The notes beneath the pieces are model-generated. The model searched no databases. It was given only the letters and a program-made list of their open reading frames with translations, and was not told where the DNA came from. The translations under genes were made by a program, and so were the position numbers. This document shows, piece by piece, positions 47,998 to 61,510 of a DNA stretch of 64,000 nucleotides. Positions within the stretch are counted from its first letter, which is position 1, and every line of letters begins with the position of its first letter. Source of the DNA: Macrostomum lignano (Eukaryota); assembly GCA_002269645.1 (NCBI GenBank), contig NIVC01000858.1, forward strand, positions 124,001 through 188,000, given 5' to 3'.

Positions 47998-50900
47998 ATG
48001 ATTACAGGAAGACAGTATTTAGCTATTGGTGCGGGTCTTGGTGCTGCATTTCTAGGTTACTGTGTATATTTCGATCAAAAGCGTCGAAGTGCACCCGACT
48101 TTAAGCAGAAGCTAATTGAAAGTAAGCCTTTTCAATTCTCTTAATCTATGTATCTCAGTAATAATAATTATTTTTTTCATAGTCACCAATTCAAGAGATT
48201 TCTCAATAGGGCTAACCAGGGCTAATTTACTTAATATGTCAAACAAGAAGACAAGGAAGTTTGATAAAACACAGGTAGGGGGCCTACCCAGTAAAACGCG
48301 GAATCTGCAAAAATGGAATGGAATAGCATGGTAAATTGTAGAATCTGTAGCAGAATTATAAATTGTGGAATGAACTATGGATTCCAATTAATTTGAAGTA
48401 AAATGCAAAGTATGGTGAATAAAAAATTACAATTTTAAATATGTGCAGCTATGCCTAGATCAGGGGTCCTCAACCTGCAGCCTGCAGGCCAATTCTATGT
48501 GGCCTGCAACTGTCTTTCCAATTTTGCATTTGATGCAGCCCACTGAGTAAAATAGATGGAAAATTTATAGGGAAAGATGTCATTTTATATGGAAAGGTAT
48601 CATTTTTGGGAAAAGAGGTAATTTTGTAAGGAAAAGTGTCATTTTGTAGTAGACATATTATATATTGACTTTGACTTAATTTTTCTTAAGTTTTGTGCTT
48701 TTTTGCAGCTAACATATTTTAAATTAGTATTGAATGCAGCCCACTACTAATAATAAGTTAGGGTCCCCTGGCCTAGATACTCTATAGCAATGTAGCTAGT
48801 GATGGATCCAAATATTCGGATTTAAAATCCAAATCCAAAAAAGTCTGATTTTTTTAGAAATTCAAATGTTTTAGATTTAGAATTTTTTCTAAATTTCCAA
48901 ATATGCTTCTAAATAAGAAAAAATCAAAAAAACCAAAACAAATTATGCAAACATAAAAGAAATACAACTTTTGAGAAAAGAAAGTAAATTTGAAAAATGA
49001 GAAAAAAAATTGAATATAATATTGCTCATTTTTACAATTATATGTTTTTGCAGTAATGTATATTTTTAAAAAAGTATTATTAAGTAAAGTTACTTAACTT
49101 TAAATATTCCACCAACTAAGACCTAACTAAGATTGAAGTGAAGATGAGAATTATATGTACATTTAAATATAAATAAGGCAGTTGCTATTGTTACGGTGAC
49201 TGTATAAATTGCAAGATGTTATTTTTATGGTTAACACTTAAAACAAATACCATCTAAATGAAGTGACAAACTTGCTGTTCAAATACTATGATAGTTAAAT
49301 TTAAAAAATAAAGAAAAGTTTTATCAATAAATACGATAGTAACTTCTTGTGGTTCTTGTCATGGTACCTTACTTTAGGTAATTGTTAACTATTACCTTGT
49401 AATTTAATAGAAATTTCTTCTATATGACCATAAAAAATAGCCATTTTGCTTCTTACCTACAGTGACTGTAAAAATATCAGTTTAGCTATTTATAGGGTTA
49501 CATTAAGTTAAAACCATAGGCCTGCATAGTGTATTATGCATAGTGTATAACCATTTTGTTATTTAAATGGTCACCATAACAATAACAACTGCCTAAAAAT
49601 AAAGATAAAAACTGATATGCAGGCTAGTTGCAAAGTATGTCTTATTGATTATAGGCTATATTGTGGCATGAAGTATATTGCTTTTGTAGAGTTATAGAGT
49701 TATCTATACCTACAAAAATAGATCTATAAATATAAGCTCTGCTATATACCATGGCATTTGTAAATGTTTTTATAAGCATTTTGATACTTTATACACATAT
49801 ATACATGCAAGGAATACATTAAGATACACTATGAACTAAAGTAGCATATTTTTTTATAAAAACAGACAAGTAGAAATCTTCATTGAAGACACAAATTCTA
49901 TATATTTTTATTGATTTCTCCCAGTTTTCAAAAGATACACCTTGTAGTCCAGCAAACCATTAAAACTATAGATCTAATTAGACACCTTAATGTTGCAACA
50001 ATATAAATCACTTAGTCAAAAAATACCTTTATGTGATATGCCAAGACTGCCAGTTTGTTTTTTGAATCTTTTAAAAGAAGCTGAGTTTTTGTTATTGCCT
50101 ATCTGGTATATAGGTATTAAGGTATTCTGGTATTAAGGTATACATGCTTATCTGGATTAGTATATAGAAGGGCAACTGCTTATGGCTACATCAAAATATA
50201 TTGCATCAATGACCTAAGTTTAGCATTATTTGATTCTGAAGCCATTGATGTAACTTGTTAAGTAATCTATAGTATTATAGACAAATTTAGAAAATAAAAG
50301 CAGATATCAATTGCATGCAACTAAACTTATATCAACTAAATCATTGTACTTTTTAGCACTTGAAAGTACTTGATGCCCTATGGTATATTGAGCACTATTA
50401 TATATGAAATCATATTTAATCATCTAAGTAGGACTAATAGTCCAATGTTCACTTTTGCAAGCATAGCATAAATATAAAAGATTATCTCCTTTGCTTCTGA
50501 GTAGAAAAAAACATGATATCAAAAAAGAACAAAGTGCTAATGAAAACACTTGTAAAGATAAACATTCAATAATATATTGTGACTGTTTGTTCAAACTTTA
50601 ATTACTGATCACTTTTGAAGCTCATAAAAGGCTTTTTTCTCTAATGCAAAAGATTTTAAGAGCTCCACATATTGTTGTTTGGTAAACCCTTAACAAAGAG
50701 GCTATTTGGTTAAATTAGATACAACTTAATAAGCTCTTTGAATTATAATACCTGCAATGCATTTTAGTATGTATTTAACAAATGATAAGTTTAAATTGAA
50801 TGGAATGCCACTTAACTTTTGATTAAAAGATTCAAGACAATTCATTGTATGGTTTCCATAGGCACCTTTCTTATGCTAATGGTCTATTTCTTCAAGTGTT

Positions 50901-53900
50901 TTGTGCCAATTGCTGGTAAAATACATTAGCCAGCAGGACAAAGGCAGAAAATGCAGGGATGGCAAGGATAACAAAGGGCAAGCAAAGTGCAATTCCAAAT
51001 CAAACATCATATAGCCAAAATAAATCATAGTAATATTATCGGGTATTTTAGTATACATGTATAAAAAATCTAGAACAAGGTTCTAACCTTGTCTAACCTC
51101 CTTAATACTTTTATTATAGTATATAAATATTTATTGTAAATAGGAATCAAAATACATTGATTAGGTATAATTTTATTCCTTACCTCTTTAGTTTGTTAAT
51201 CTATATCCAAAATTCTAAAATATTCTAGAAATTTTTTTAGCACAAAATAAATACGTAGAAAGAAATTCATAACTGATTTAAGTTTTCATTTTCACTTTTA
51301 GCTAAATCAAACAACTCATTGAAGCTATTAAAGTATATATTAAATTTTAACCTAATAGTAATAAGCTTATTAGACTGGTTTTGGCTAACTTGCTTCAAGT
51401 TTTGTTATTATGTTACATTTTGCAACTTGTATACAATACCAATATATATTTAGTAGAGATTATATAACATCTTAAGCCTATTCCTAATGACCTAGTATTA
51501 AAGTTAAAATTAGTGATCTAAAGCTAAGGTTCCCAACCTGTGATGCCTCATTAAGTGGGATTCTGATAGTCAAAAGATCAAGCAATTGGTCAAAATAATT
51601 TTTTGCCAAAGTCAAATAAAATCAAAATAATTACTGGAACCAAGTCTAGTAGTTGCTATAGCTAACCATGGCAAAGAACCCAGTCCTAGTTGCAGAAATC
51701 CTTTACATTTGCATAACAAAAGCATATTACTGAATTGTCACTTATAGTAACCTTGCTACTACTAGTAGTGTAGGTAAATTGATATACATATTTGGTTTCA
51801 CTTTTTGTAAAAATTTGAGCTCCTTAAATAGCTTAAGATATGCTTATGAGTTTTTTCTTTGCCCTTGAAATGAATGAAAGTGCATTGAGGATCAAAGAGC
51901 AGCAGCATATGACACGCCTCATTGAACTTGGCCACGTTGCAGTATGTAGTCTGTTCGTGAAATAGTAACGCCCCATCAGCCAACAAATGCTTCAGCCACC
52001 CAGTCAGCAGTACCCAGTGCCCCAGCCACCCAGTCACAGCAGTACCCAGTGCCCCAGCCACCCAGTCACAGCAGTACCCAGTGCCCCAGCCACCCAGTTA
52101 CGGCAGTACCCAATCAGAGCAGTACCCAGTGCCCCAGCCATCTAGTCACAGTAGTACCCAGTGCCCCAGCCACCCAATCACAGCCGTACCCAGTGCCCCA
52201 GCCACCCAGTCACGGCAGTACCCAGTGCCCCAGCCACCCAGTCACGGCAGTACCCAGTGCCCCAGCCACCCAGTCACAGCAGTACCCAGTGCCCCAACCA
52301 CCCAGTCACGGCAGTACCCAGTGCCCCAGCCACCCAGTCACAGCAGTACCCAGTGCCCCAGCCACCCAGTCACAGCAGTACCCAATGCCCCAGCCACCCA
52401 GTCACGGCAGTACCTAGTGCCCCAGTCACTCAGTCACGGCAGTACCCAGTCACAGCATACCCAGTGCCACCCAGTACTCAATAGCTCAGCATTGGGTGGA
52501 TGTGCTCAGCTGACAGTGCCAAGAAGCTAAAGAATGCCGATTTTCTACACTAGCTGACATGCCTCCAGTCTGCATGAATCTGCCTTGCATTCAGTCCTCT
52601 GCAGCTGCAACAGAGAATACAGACCAGTCCCCTCCCAGTCGGAGATGCCAGTGCATGAATTTCCTGAGTTGCCATTTCGCAAACTGGGCACGCAAGTAGG
52701 GGTGGCAGCCTCTTTCAGCGCTGTCATCAGACCATAGAAAGCATTTTTTACAAAAAAGATAAAAAGCATTCGCCAGATAAAATTGCTTCTAGAATTCAGT
52801 GTGACATGAGGCGATAAAACCCAAGCCAATTGTTTGCATTCTGTTTGAGCAAGCAATCTCCTATTTTGAATGGGAATCCATTATCGGCTGCTGGTGCTGG
52901 TTAGCCGGGCGGGATAATCAAGCCGCATGGAGTGCCTGCTTCAGTGCAGCCTGATTTGTTGGGATTTAATCAGGCACTTAATGCAGATTCCCAGTTGAGT
53001 AGGAGGCGGGAATAATGGCATTTGTTATGCCATTGATTAAAATCATATCGCCGCGTTTGATTTTTTACTGTTTATTCTCGAGATACCAATCTGAACTTGA
53101 ACTGAAAATGGGAGCTTGAAGTGGCTTGTTTTTGTCTGTCTTGGATATTTCGAGGCCTCAATATTTCGATGCACTGGCAGCTCTTCTATTCAGCTATTGA
53201 GCATATTCAATTTGGGTTGCTACGTCAGCTTAGACTTAAAGCTTAAAGTTGCCATCTCTTTAGTGTATTTTTTGTTACCGGCTGAGTTTGTCTATGGCAA
53301 AAGCGTTTTTAGCGCTATGCGAAAAAGCTAATCTTTGCGAAACCCGTTTAGAAAACACAAATAACTTGGAAAAACTTGTGAACTAAACTTGGACAAAACT
53401 TGTCTGCGTTCACGCGCTTGTATGAGCCCAGAAGTCAGTGGGATGGACAGAGTTGCATCAGTGCTGGTTGTGGGAAGCTGTCGAAGTGCTCCTGGAAAAT
53501 ATATTGTTACTTCTCGCATTGTTTTCAGTTTAGGACTGCGGTGCACTGAATTCTCATATTTCTAATTCATTTTGCCCCAACTACCGGCCTATAGTAAGAT
53601 TCGGATGGTTTGCGGATGTAAGTCCCTTCTACTATGAGACAGATAGCAATGAAGATGTTATAAAAAATTCCCGCTAAATTTGCCATCCCAGCAGCAGCAG
53701 CAGCAGAATTCCGTGTGCAAAATTTGCATCCATCAAAGACCCACTGGCTTCTGTTGGCTCATTTCGGTGCAACAATTGCAATAATCTGCCTGTGCAGCAC
53801 AAAGCTACCATAAGGGAATGATGAAGCTTTCAGTTTTCAGGTGCTTGAGCTGCCCAGCCTCTCTGCCCATAGCCTGCCGCTTTGGTCTAATTATGCTGGT

Positions 53901-55499
53901 TTAATTAAATTGATGATGCCCAGATCAGGGCCAACTAGTTCAGGGATGAAGCCGTGAGCAGTCCTTCAGTTAATTATAACCACCCGCTGGCCAGTTGTGT
54001 CAACCCTAATGCTGTTCCACACTGGAGAGGATACCCACTACAGTTAATCTGCTGCGCTTCGTATCACCCGGCTAGGCTAAATAAGCCAGGATGTTAGTTA
54101 AAAAAATTGTTGGAATATACTCTAGTACAGTGTTTAACCAGGAACAATATTTATACTTTCTAGTTTGACCTGTATATATTTATCTATTTTTAATGATATG
54201 CAAAGTGTGGTTGCTTAAATAACAAAAAAGATCTCTTTCTTTTGTGATCCTTGAGAGCCCACCGTTGTTTGTTCCTTCTTAAACAGACTGCTTAAACAGG
54301 GAGTTGCTAAGATGCAACTTCCATTCTAGAGGCTTAAGTTGATTCCATTCTTGGCTTATGCATTGCAACAGACTTCTGATTCGGGAGGTTAAAGCAAATG
54401 ACAACTCGTGCTAAAAAAATGCATCTGCGAGATGGGTTTATTGTTATCGCCATTTTTCACCTTGAGGGACCATGACCGTCCTTATTCTGTAAAAAACATC
54501 TAACGGTGCTTTTATGACATTAAAAGCTAAGGGATGATGGTGACTTCTTGGCGGGTGCTTCAGGTTATTTTGTTGCTTTTTGAGGCGCTCTTCAAGCCGC
54601 AAGAATTGCTGTTAGGACAAATCTTGTCTGAGGCGGTGATTTAACACTCGAAAGCTCTCTTGAGGAATGCGCTGCACTTGCAGGGTTGCTTGCTTGAATG
54701 CAAATCTCACAGTTCAATTGGGACAATTAGGACCGACAGTGACTACCGAATCAGTCCCTCCGATGATTGCGGCTTTCCCTTAGTGAATCACAGCTAGATA
54801 TGTTCGACCAATGACTAATCCGTTGGAGTTAAAATCGGATTAGCATTTATTAATCCAAGTGGTCGATTGTAGTTTTGAAAATCTGTACGCGAGTGCCAAT
54901 CTACACTGTAGCTGTCAGACTTAAGAGAGTCGGATTGAAGCTTTGAAGGCCATGTAAATAAAAATTGAGCTTCGACGCATTTTTATTAAAGTTCAAAATG
55001 CAATTCAGACCGGACATTTTTATCGAATTCCGCAGAGCGCCGTCAGCAGAAGGAGGACCGCCGCCTGAAGGCCGAAGGCGGCCTGCCCGACCTGCGCGAC
55101 GCCGAGGCAGTGCAGCGCTTCTTCATGGAGGAGGTCCAGACTGGCGAGAGCCTGCTCGGCCGCGGCGACATCGAAGGCGGCGTTGAGCACCTGGCCACCG
55201 CCATTGCCGTGTGCGCCCAGCCCAGCCACCTGCTGCAGATGCTGCAGCAAACCCTGCCCAACGAGATCTTTGAGCTCATCCTGGCCGCCCTGCCCAAGGC
55301 CAAGCAGAAGTTCAGCAAGGCTCGCGAGGCCCTCATCAGGGAGATGAGCGGCGGCACCTTCACCGTGCCCACGGAGGAGAAGGTGAGGGGCGTTGGGTCA
55401 GCTTGCAGCCTAGCAGTGCAGCTAACCGCTTGTAATCTTTGCTTTTAACCATTTTTTCAACAGAGAGTCGTCGAGATCCAGGAGGATGACGTCGAATAG
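47998..55499 (+). CDS. TOMM20: Mitochondrial import receptor TOM20; exons 47998-48121, 55036-55382, 55464-55499
   Basis: AFLGYCVYFDQKRRSAPDFK, LPDLRDAEAVQRFFMEEVQ, AIAVCAQP..LLQMLQQTLP and terminal EDDVE; 6.9-kb phase-1 first intron. Confidence 0.95.
48461..48770. mobile_element. hAT (Charlie-like) MITE (310 bp) with no CpG
   Basis: TIR CAGGGGTCCTCAAC / GTTAGGGTCCCCTG; perfect 8-bp TSD GCCTAGAT at 48453-48460 and 48771-48778. Confidence 0.85.
51992..52470. repeat. 32-bp minisatellite (CAGTACCCAGTGCCCCAGCCACCCAGTCACAG), about 14 copies
   Basis: Direct reading; lies in TOMM20 intron 1. Confidence 0.94.
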
Positions 55500-57170
55500 T
55501 GAAGAGTCGAGGCAACCAACCGCGCCGGGCCGCACCAGTGCCGGAAGCTGCGCTCATTACGTTATATGTGTTTTTAGTGTGTCCCCAGGTCGATCAAGTA
55601 TTTATCCAGGTGTTAGCGTAGCTGTAGGGAAAGCGCACCTTTGTGAATGCTAGTGCTAGTGATGCTAGTAAACCTGAATTTACTTACTCCGTGCATGACC
55701 AACCTCTGGCTGCTATCGGCTTGCTCTGCCAGTAATTCCACCTTTAAGCATGCCAGCCCTGAGCTGCGCTTGTAAAATTACACACTGCTCGGTTATCTTT
55801 ATTATTAGCTGGTGTTCGTTTCTTCATTTATTTCGATTTTAAAAATGTAGATTAGATGTAGATTTAAAGTGTAGGAAGCTCCAAGCACACTAGAAATTGT
55901 ATTCATATCTCTACTATTTGTCCGCGAGTCTTGACTGCTTCGTTTACTTTATTCCGATTCGGGTTTTTGATTTAAAGAATTCTATTTTTTTGTGGACTAT
56001 GATTGCGGGATCTTCTGGTATTTGGAATTTTTCAGAATCTTTTGCTTTCCTGTGTGCCAGCTTCCCCGTGTGTTTGGATGCTTTCATTTTCAGCTTGAAG
56101 CAGTGTTCCTGAATGTCATTGTTTTCTAGCTCACAGCTAAAGAGACGGTGCCAGATGCGGGGAGTTGGCAGGCTTCAATGCAGGCATTTCTTCAGGTTGG
56201 TGGATGACAGCACAGCTGTGCCAGATGGAGTTGGACTTTCCAGTCTGGCATTGTGAATTCTTGATTAGCCTGGCTGGCGATTCTCTCGCAAGCAGGTAAG
56301 AGCTAAAGGGCACTGAGTAGCAGCGACTTCTCTGAAATGCCGCAGAAAACTTATTAGAAGCCGCTGTGAAGCAGCAGTTGGCCTGAGAGGGGTGGCTGGT
56401 GACTGCACTTGTGCATGCAAAATTTATACTCAATGGGAATTCGCTTTAGCAGCTGGGCCATCCTGCTAGTTTTTAGCAAACTTAGGACGCTCACGTGACT
56501 CCAAATCTTTCCTTTCTGCACTTCCTTAGTCACCTCTAATAGTGTTTCATACAGGGTTGGTTTGTGTAAGCACTGTTGTGTCTGAAATGATGAAGAATTC
56601 TCTGTGGTTCTTTGCTACGTTTAAAGCTTTGTGAGACATATCAAGTTATGTCGATTTTTAAACGCTCTAAGTACTCTTTCTATGATCTTCTCTGCCGCAT
56701 AAATAATGAACTTGTACTCCTGTTCCGATGAAACTCGTGCTGTAGTTGTGAAGAATTTATTCAGCTTTAAAACAGAACCAATTTTTTTTAAAATCAATTT
56801 TGCTGCTCGGAAGTTATTGAGGATTTTGTGAAGTTGATAAGGTTTCTCCGTCTAACTTGCCAAGCTTTTTTTCTAGGGGAAGTCGCTTTCATATTTCCAG
56901 TGTTCTTTGGCTAAGTACGTGTACTGATAGTCGTAGTGGAGTAAGGAAATAACTGCATCTGCAAATAGACTCCAAGCATCCATTGTCTGATTCGCCTGTC
57001 TTCCACCAATGGCAGAGCCCACAAATTTGTCCATAAATTCTGGAATCGATTGAATCAAAATTGCTTTTTTCGTGCATACCTTGCCAGTTGACACCAAGTG
57101 TTTTTGTGCAAAAATTATTCTCCGTGATGATTGAGCTACCTATAGAATAAGTCCGATAACTTTATCCAAA

Positions 57171-60100
57171 ATGGATTCCTTACACCGCTGTCACATGTGC
57201 GAGAAAACATGTGATACAGCTGCGCGTTTGACTGAGCATTTTAACGATGAGCACAACATTTCCCAATCGGTACCTGGCAAAGAAATGTCAGCGCGAATGG
57301 TGAGAAAGGTTCCTTCTAAAGCGAATTTACAAGATCGCGAAGGGGTTGGTCAAGCTTCAAGAACGAACGTCTCTGCTAATATTGAAGACGCGGATCAACC
57401 AAGTGCTGATTCTACTATCTGTCTCGAGTGCAACGCTTTTCTACGCGAGGAGCAAGATGCTGAACAGCACTTCATGCGCTTTCATTCGGAGCTTTATGCT
57501 GCTTTTAAAGAAGGTTTTCTCGGCGACTCTATTGCTTTTACTTCTCTGACGAAAGAAAAAATTGCTGATTTTTATTCGAAAAGATGTTCCCGTCAATGCG
57601 TTCACGAGTCACCGTTTTCTACGCCTCTAGACGGAAGAGGGGGCGCCGCTGCAGATCTGCACCATCAACCGCCCATTGAGGACGTGTTTGACGATCGACT
57701 GCAAATAAAGCAGCAACTTGCTCGCGTAGATCGACTGTTTACTAGATTTAGGAGTAGGGGGAAAATATCCAAGTTGAAAACTCAGTTAGCAAACACTGCT
57801 CCCTTCTTTATTAACGAAGACGGAGTGTTTGAATTCAATTCCAACGAAGATCCGTTAGACATTAACTGTCCATTCTGCATTACACACAAGACAACGATTA
57901 AAGGTCTTGCAAAACATTGTGTCAATCATCACGCACATGGTTTCGCGGATTGGAAGAGCGGCAAATACGGCCAGATCCAACTTCGCTTCGTACCCCCTGA
58001 CTCTGACGTCGCCGTTTCAGTCCTTCAAGCTCTTGATGGGGCTATGCTACTTAAAGAAATTCCTCGCGGTGTTTCCTCGAGTTCGCTGTCAACCGAAAAG
58101 CAGTTAAGATGCTTTCCTCAAATTTTAGCTCAAAGGATTGATTGGAATATGTCAGCCAAAGCAGAAGCCGACAAAACTCACAGGGTAGTTCCCTCTTCGT
58201 CACTTCCGTGTCCTATTTGTGGTAAGCAAATCAGTGCCGAAGGAATAACAAACCACTGCTCAATTTACCATCTAAAAGAGTACAATGACTGGAAAGAAGG
58301 AAAGTATGGTCGAGTCTCACTTTTCTCATTGAACTCTGTACTTTCCAAGAGTCCAAGCTCTGTACATCAAAGTTTTACTAAGCCAAAGTCCTTCATTCGT
58401 CGAGAATCGAAGAAACCCGTCTTTGTTTCTACAGCGGGTCGCAAGAAAGAGGCCACACGAGTACCGTGTCCTTTTTGTGGCGAGCGTATTTTTTCAAAGG
58501 GCATGGGAAAGCATTGCATCTACTTTCATAAAAAGCATTACCGTGAGTGGAAAGCTGGGAAGTACGGCAGCGTTCCGTTGCGTTTCGTTCCCCTCCAGAT
58601 TAGTTTCGAGTCTGCAGAAGCTGATAAGCATCATGAATCATTAGAGGTCGGCAGAATTATTGACGCTCCAGCATCTGAGCTCACCTCATCATCAGTTTTA
58701 ATGAATCGATCAATGGATGCTACCGGTACCGAATTGCAATTGGCTGAATCGCGTCAGAAAAACTTTTCTTTCGATGGCTCTGTTTGTTACGCTGCAAGTC
58801 AAAAAGTTCTCTTTGACTCCGCTAAATCCGATTCCACTGAACTAAGAAAAAGTTTTTGTGTTTGTCATCTCTGCGATGGAGCCTTTGATACAACTGCCAA
58901 GCTGATAGAACACTTTGTAATTGATCATTTTGACTGTGGTGAGCTACGTAAGTCGTTTATTATGCGAGTTGTATTCCACGAGCAACGATCCATGAACGGG
59001 TCTTTAGAGCCTTCAGGTGCTGGGCTTGGTATCTGTCACTATGTTTGCGATATCTGCCACACCAACTTCCTGACATGGCTCAGTCTCGGACAACATTATC
59101 GCTATCACATGCTTGAATTGTCCCAGAATGCATTCTCAACGTTTGACAATTGTGCTCCTGGCGGATATACCCAGACTGATGTTAGTAAATTCAGTGCTTT
59201 CGCTCATCCTCGTCACAAATCTATAGAAAGCGACTCAGCAAAGAGCACATCGAGTAGTGATTCGAGCCATCAGATTGTGCATACTGACACCCAAAACTTT
59301 TTGCTGGATGTCCCAAGAAGAATCAGCCATGCCGAAGGATCCTATAGCCTTCTGAATGGTAGTGCACTCGTCGGCGAGTCGCGGGCGAATCCCGTTCCAG
59401 CTTCATCCAAATGTAATTGGAAATGGAATAGGCCGGCAGTCGAATTAAATTTCCGCACTTCCACTGTTTTGAGCGGCTTGGAACAAGTCTTGCATTCTAT
59501 AAATAAAACAAGATCTACGCACAATTACCAGGCCTTAATTGATGCGACTGATTTGCGAAATTACGAGGCTCCACGCGATCTAAACTTTCCTGATCCCACA
59601 AAGGAGTGGTTTCCCTGTTGCTATTGTGCCATGCGATTTCAAGACGAGAGTGTCGCAAAAGCCCACATGTTGAGCTGTGGACATTTTTTCGCCTCTAAGC
59701 ATCAAGAAACAACAAAAAGTTTCCTACAAGATAGAGATGATTTCGATAATTATGAACGATTTAAGGTGAGCTGAATGACATACTGTACTAAACGAGTTAT
59801 TCCTATTTTGTGCAACATTTATCATATTAAAAATATTCTATAATTTTAGGAATTGAATGAACGGCGAGAAGTCGTTTACAGGTGCAAGTTCTGCATGAGC
59901 ACATTTAGCAACCGCCCTCTTATTGCCAACCATATGAAGTTCTGCAAGACTTCATCGCATGCAGTTTCTTATAATAAGTGCTTTATGTGTGGTCAGCATT
60001 TCAATTTCAAGGAGTCTCTTCTCGCGCATATTTCGGAGTTCCATGCCACCCAAAGTCGGCACCAGTCGAGCCGCTACGCTCCTGTGTCGGACGCTTCAGC

Positions 60101-60638
60101 TAAACGGCAACAAAAGTTTCAATGTGGAATGTGTGGCAAAGAGTTTTCATCACAAGCCAACCTTCTGAAGCACAATGTAGTCCACACCAGTGCTCGAGTC
60201 AGTTGCCAGAACTGTGGTCGTGAGTTTAAGATGCCGTGTCACCTTGCTCGCCACTATTGTTTAGCAGACCCAGCTGAGACAAGATGCCATCCAACCTCCG
60301 CTGGTGACGAACAAGTTGCGGCAATGCTGCTTGATGACGATGAGCCACTGCACGAGTGTGACTTTTGTAACGCCGTTTTCCGTAAGCCTGAGGGCCTGCG
60401 CGTTCACAGTATTCGATGTCGTCAACGCGGCCGCGAGACCGTTGGCGACCGTGTCAATCTTGTGCACACCGGCTTGGGGCTTCAGGCTGTCGCAGCACTC
60501 AAGTTTTGCTGCGACCAGTGTCCCATGCAGTTTAATACTCGGAACAGTCTACTCTTACATCAACGTGCCCACACGAAACTGCCATGTACGCATGGAACCG
60601 TCACTTCCTCGGTTGGTGATGGCGCTGGAAATCGCTAG
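57171..60638 (+). CDS. Multi-zinc-finger protein; exons 57171-59765 and 59850-60638 (1127 aa)
   Basis: Long ORFs joined by an 84-nt phase-0 GT-AG intron; many CxxC...H..H units, including canonical FQCGMCGKEFSSQANLLKHNVVH and FCCDQCPMQFNTRNSLLLHQRAH. Confidence 0.85.
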
Positions 60639-61510
60639 TGCTGGCAGTGTGGAAACTTTTTATTTTTGGAAGCAAACGTTTGTCGGTTCAGCCTAATTGC
60701 TCTTATTGCGTATTGTTTTTTTGAGTCCTGTAACACCAAGTTTTCATAGATATTTTATGAATAACCTGTAATTTCGTCGGATTCAGCTTGCTCTTGTCCC
60801 TGGATCTCGTTGCACTCACATGATTTGCTTTCTTTTTATGCTTAGCACGCTTGTGATTAGCATCTTTTCTAATATAATTATTTTCACAATTTTCTGATGG
60901 CTCTGCAATAATTTTAAACTTAATTTATCTTCTATTCTATGGCTATTCGGATCGTGTTAGACTACTCTCTCCCATTGTGTATGAGGTACTTTGAATGGCA
61001 GTACATACTAGTAACTCACAAGTAAGACATAAAAAATATTTAAATTCTACAAGTTGTATCAATTCGCACTTTAAAATACGCATTTTAATTCGTATGCTCA
61101 CTGCCGTTCAGACAGAGTCTTGTCACAATGGACATATTTATTCACTATCTGTACTTATTCTGCGGCTATTTGCAGTCTGATAGCTTAAAAGAGACGCAAA
61201 ACTATTTGATTTAAGGCGGTCTTCAATTTTATTACGTGTCTGCTGCTTTCTCTGGAGTAAATGCGTATGTTTTTGTAGCTACTGACAGTAGAGATAATTT
61301 CAAAGTGCGGCTAAGCAGTACTAGACTACCATGGTCTTGACTGGCTGAGCCAAGAAATGAGATTTGGTGTATAATTTCCACTATAACTTAAAGTTCCAAT
61401 ACAACTTAATAAGCTGACAATTTGATTCTTGTTTTATCTAGTTAGGAAAATAAAAAGCATGGGTTTGTTTAAACCAATTGATTTGCTATGATGTATCGAA
61501 TTTGCAGTCA

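Larger units (their letters stand above)
44200..51900. other. AT-rich, CpG-depleted domain surrounding the LIN52/TOMM20 promoter
   Basis: By eye about 3 CG in 44200-46180 and about 5 CG in 48300-51900; CpGs persist only in the MITE at 46187-46459 and in about 47100-48300. Confidence 0.75.

Noticed and set aside
56590-56740. Faint resemblance to a Harbinger transposase N-terminus (FKRSKYSFYDLLCRI)
   Set aside because: Too short, interrupted by stops, no TIRs or catalytic motifs.
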